This document shows, one piece after another, positions 63,048-64,000 of a stretch of DNA of 64,000 nucleotides. The notes under the pieces were generated by a model. The model did not search any database. It was not told the origin of the DNA and worked only from the letters and a program-made list of their open reading frames with translations. Source of the DNA: an uncultured Acidimicrobiaceae bacterium (GTDB taxonomy: Bacteria > Actinomycetota > Acidimicrobiia > Acidimicrobiales > Bog-793). Position numbers and translations under genes: made by a program. Every line of letters starts with the position of its first letter. Position 1 is the stretch's first letter. The stretch is taken from positions 672,659 to 736,658 of the forward strand of contig CAVXNB010000004.1 in the NCBI GenBank assembly GCA_963763085.1, given 5' to 3'.

Positions 63048-64000
63048 TCAGTCGCCCTCCACGTAGTCCCGGAGCGGGCGCGACACCATCGGGTGCCGGA
63101 GCTTCGCGAGCGTCTTCATCTCGATTTGGCGGATGCGCTCGCGGGTGACCCCGAAGATCTGCCCGACCTCTTCGAGGGTGCGGATCCGACCGTCGTCCAA
63201 TCCGAAACGGAGCCTCACCACCTCCTGCTCCCTGTCCGTCAACTCCGACAGCGCCCGCTTGACGGCCTCGTTGAGCAGCATCCGCGTCGCGGCGTCGACC
63301 GGCACCTCGGCGGTGTGGTCCTCGATCAGGTCGGACAGGCTGAAGTCCTCTTCCTCACCGATCGGCTGCTCCAGCGAGATCGTGTCCTGGCTGATCCGTT
63401 GCAGCTCACGGACCCTCTCGACCGGGAACTGCGTCCGAGCGGAGATCTCCTCGACCGTCGGTTCGCGGCCGAGCTCCTGGGACAGTTGGCGCTGGGTGCG
63501 CACGACCTTGTTGATCGTCTCGACCATGTGAACCGGGATCCGGATCGTCCGGGCCTGGTCGGCTACCGCTCGGGTGATGGCCTGACGGATCCACCACGTC
63601 GCGTAGGTGGAGAACTTGAAGCCGCGGCGATAGTCGAACTTCTCGACGGCTCGCATCAGCCCGAGGTTGCCTTCCTGGATGAGGTCGAGGAACGCCATCC
63701 CCCGGTTCCGATAGCGCTTCGCGATCGAGACCACGAGGCGAAGGTTCGCCTCGATGAGAAGGTCCTTGGCCTCCAGCCCGTCGTGCACCGCACGCTGAGC
63801 GACCCGGCGCACTTCGAATGTCACGTCGTCCAAGGTGCCTTCCGCGGTCCAAGCGGCCAGCGTCGCAGCCGCTTCCTGGCCGGCTTCGATCTTGCGGGCG
63901 CACAGGACCTCGAGCTCGGGCGACAGGAGCGAGACCCTGCCGATCTCCTTCAGGTAGGCACGAACGGGGTCGGTTCCGAGCGCGTCGGCGCTCGCGGCGC
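63048..64000 (-). CDS. RNA polymerase sigma-70 factor (group 1/2, SigA/SigB-like), N-terminus beyond window end
   Basis: Regions 2-4 are clear ([60 protein letters not shown]; region 4 [50 protein letters not shown]). The frame stays open upstream of the listed Met at 63833 to the window edge. Confidence 0.85.
   Translation of the reverse strand, partial: AASADALGTDPVRAYLKEIGRVSLLSPELEVLCARKIEAGQEAAATLAAWTAEGTLDDVTFEVRRVAQRAVHDGLEAKDLLIEANLRLVVSIAKRYRNRGMAFLDLIQEGNLGLMRAVEKFDYRRGFKFSTYATWWIRQAITRAVADQARTIRIPVHMVETINKVVRTQRQLSQELGREPTVEEISARTQFPVERVRELQRISQDTISLEQPIGEEEDFSLSDLIEDHTAEVPVDAATRMLLNEAVKRALSELTDREQEVVRLRFGLDDGRIRTLEEVGQIFGVTRERIRQIEMKTLAKLRHPMVSRPLRDYVEGD

Overview
This is a high-GC (about 70%) actinobacterial chromosomal segment with a dense mix of housekeeping and accessory genes, read by eye and not validated with search or folding tools. 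The window is dense with in-frame breaks: at least a dozen otherwise recognisable genes are split across two to six reading frames. Read left to right:

1. A partial large hypothetical gene and a Tat-signal secreted gene, the latter frameshifted.
2. A LuxR/LAL-type ATPase regulator broken into six frame segments.
3. M48 and M20 peptidases, two GNAT acetyltransferases, a SAM-dependent methyltransferase, an S51 peptidase, an ABC-F ATPase and an alpha/beta hydrolase.
4. A split SOS mutagenesis cassette. imuA'-imuB (14.0-16.4 kb) and dnaE2 (20.7-24.1 kb) each sit behind a near-consensus actinobacterial LexA (Cheo-type) box. They are separated by an mprAB/pepD-like module made of an OmpR-family response regulator, a histidine kinase and an HtrA protease.
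5. A phosphoesterase lipoprotein, then a 1,183-aa adenylate cyclase-AAA-TPR signalling protein divergent from an MMPL transporter.
6. An NfeD-flotillin pair and an MFS transporter.
7. A secreted two-domain beta-propeller repeat protein, a Baeyer-Villiger monooxygenase and a glutamine-synthetase-family enzyme.
8. A block of small unknown proteins containing DUF3303-like and DUF2510-like sequences.
9. A UvrA-like double ABC ATPase, an AraC regulator, VOC proteins and an epoxide hydrolase.
10. A gene-fragment mosaic: a piece of the adenylate cyclase N-terminus fused to a near-identical ClpC N-domain copy, which carries a start-codon change and an in-frame TAG.
11. A roughly 2 kb tRNA-Met(CAT)-integrated island remnant. 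It is bounded by a 42-bp direct repeat of the tRNA 3' end and carries an overlapping XRE-HTH/nucleotidyltransferase toxin-antitoxin-like pair plus an AT-rich SRPBCC gene, but no integrase.
12. A DUF1254/DUF1214 protein and a DHA2 MFS pump.
13. An arsenic module: CoA-disulfide-reductase-like oxidoreductase, aquaglyceroporin, ArsI/CadI, ArsR and ArsM.
14. A second secreted Asp-box-like propeller protein, tRNA-Asn(GTT) and a partial sigma-70 factor.

No CRISPR arrays, rRNA or intact transposases were seen. The many in-frame breaks are either indel errors from long-read assembly or real gene decay, and need read-level checking.
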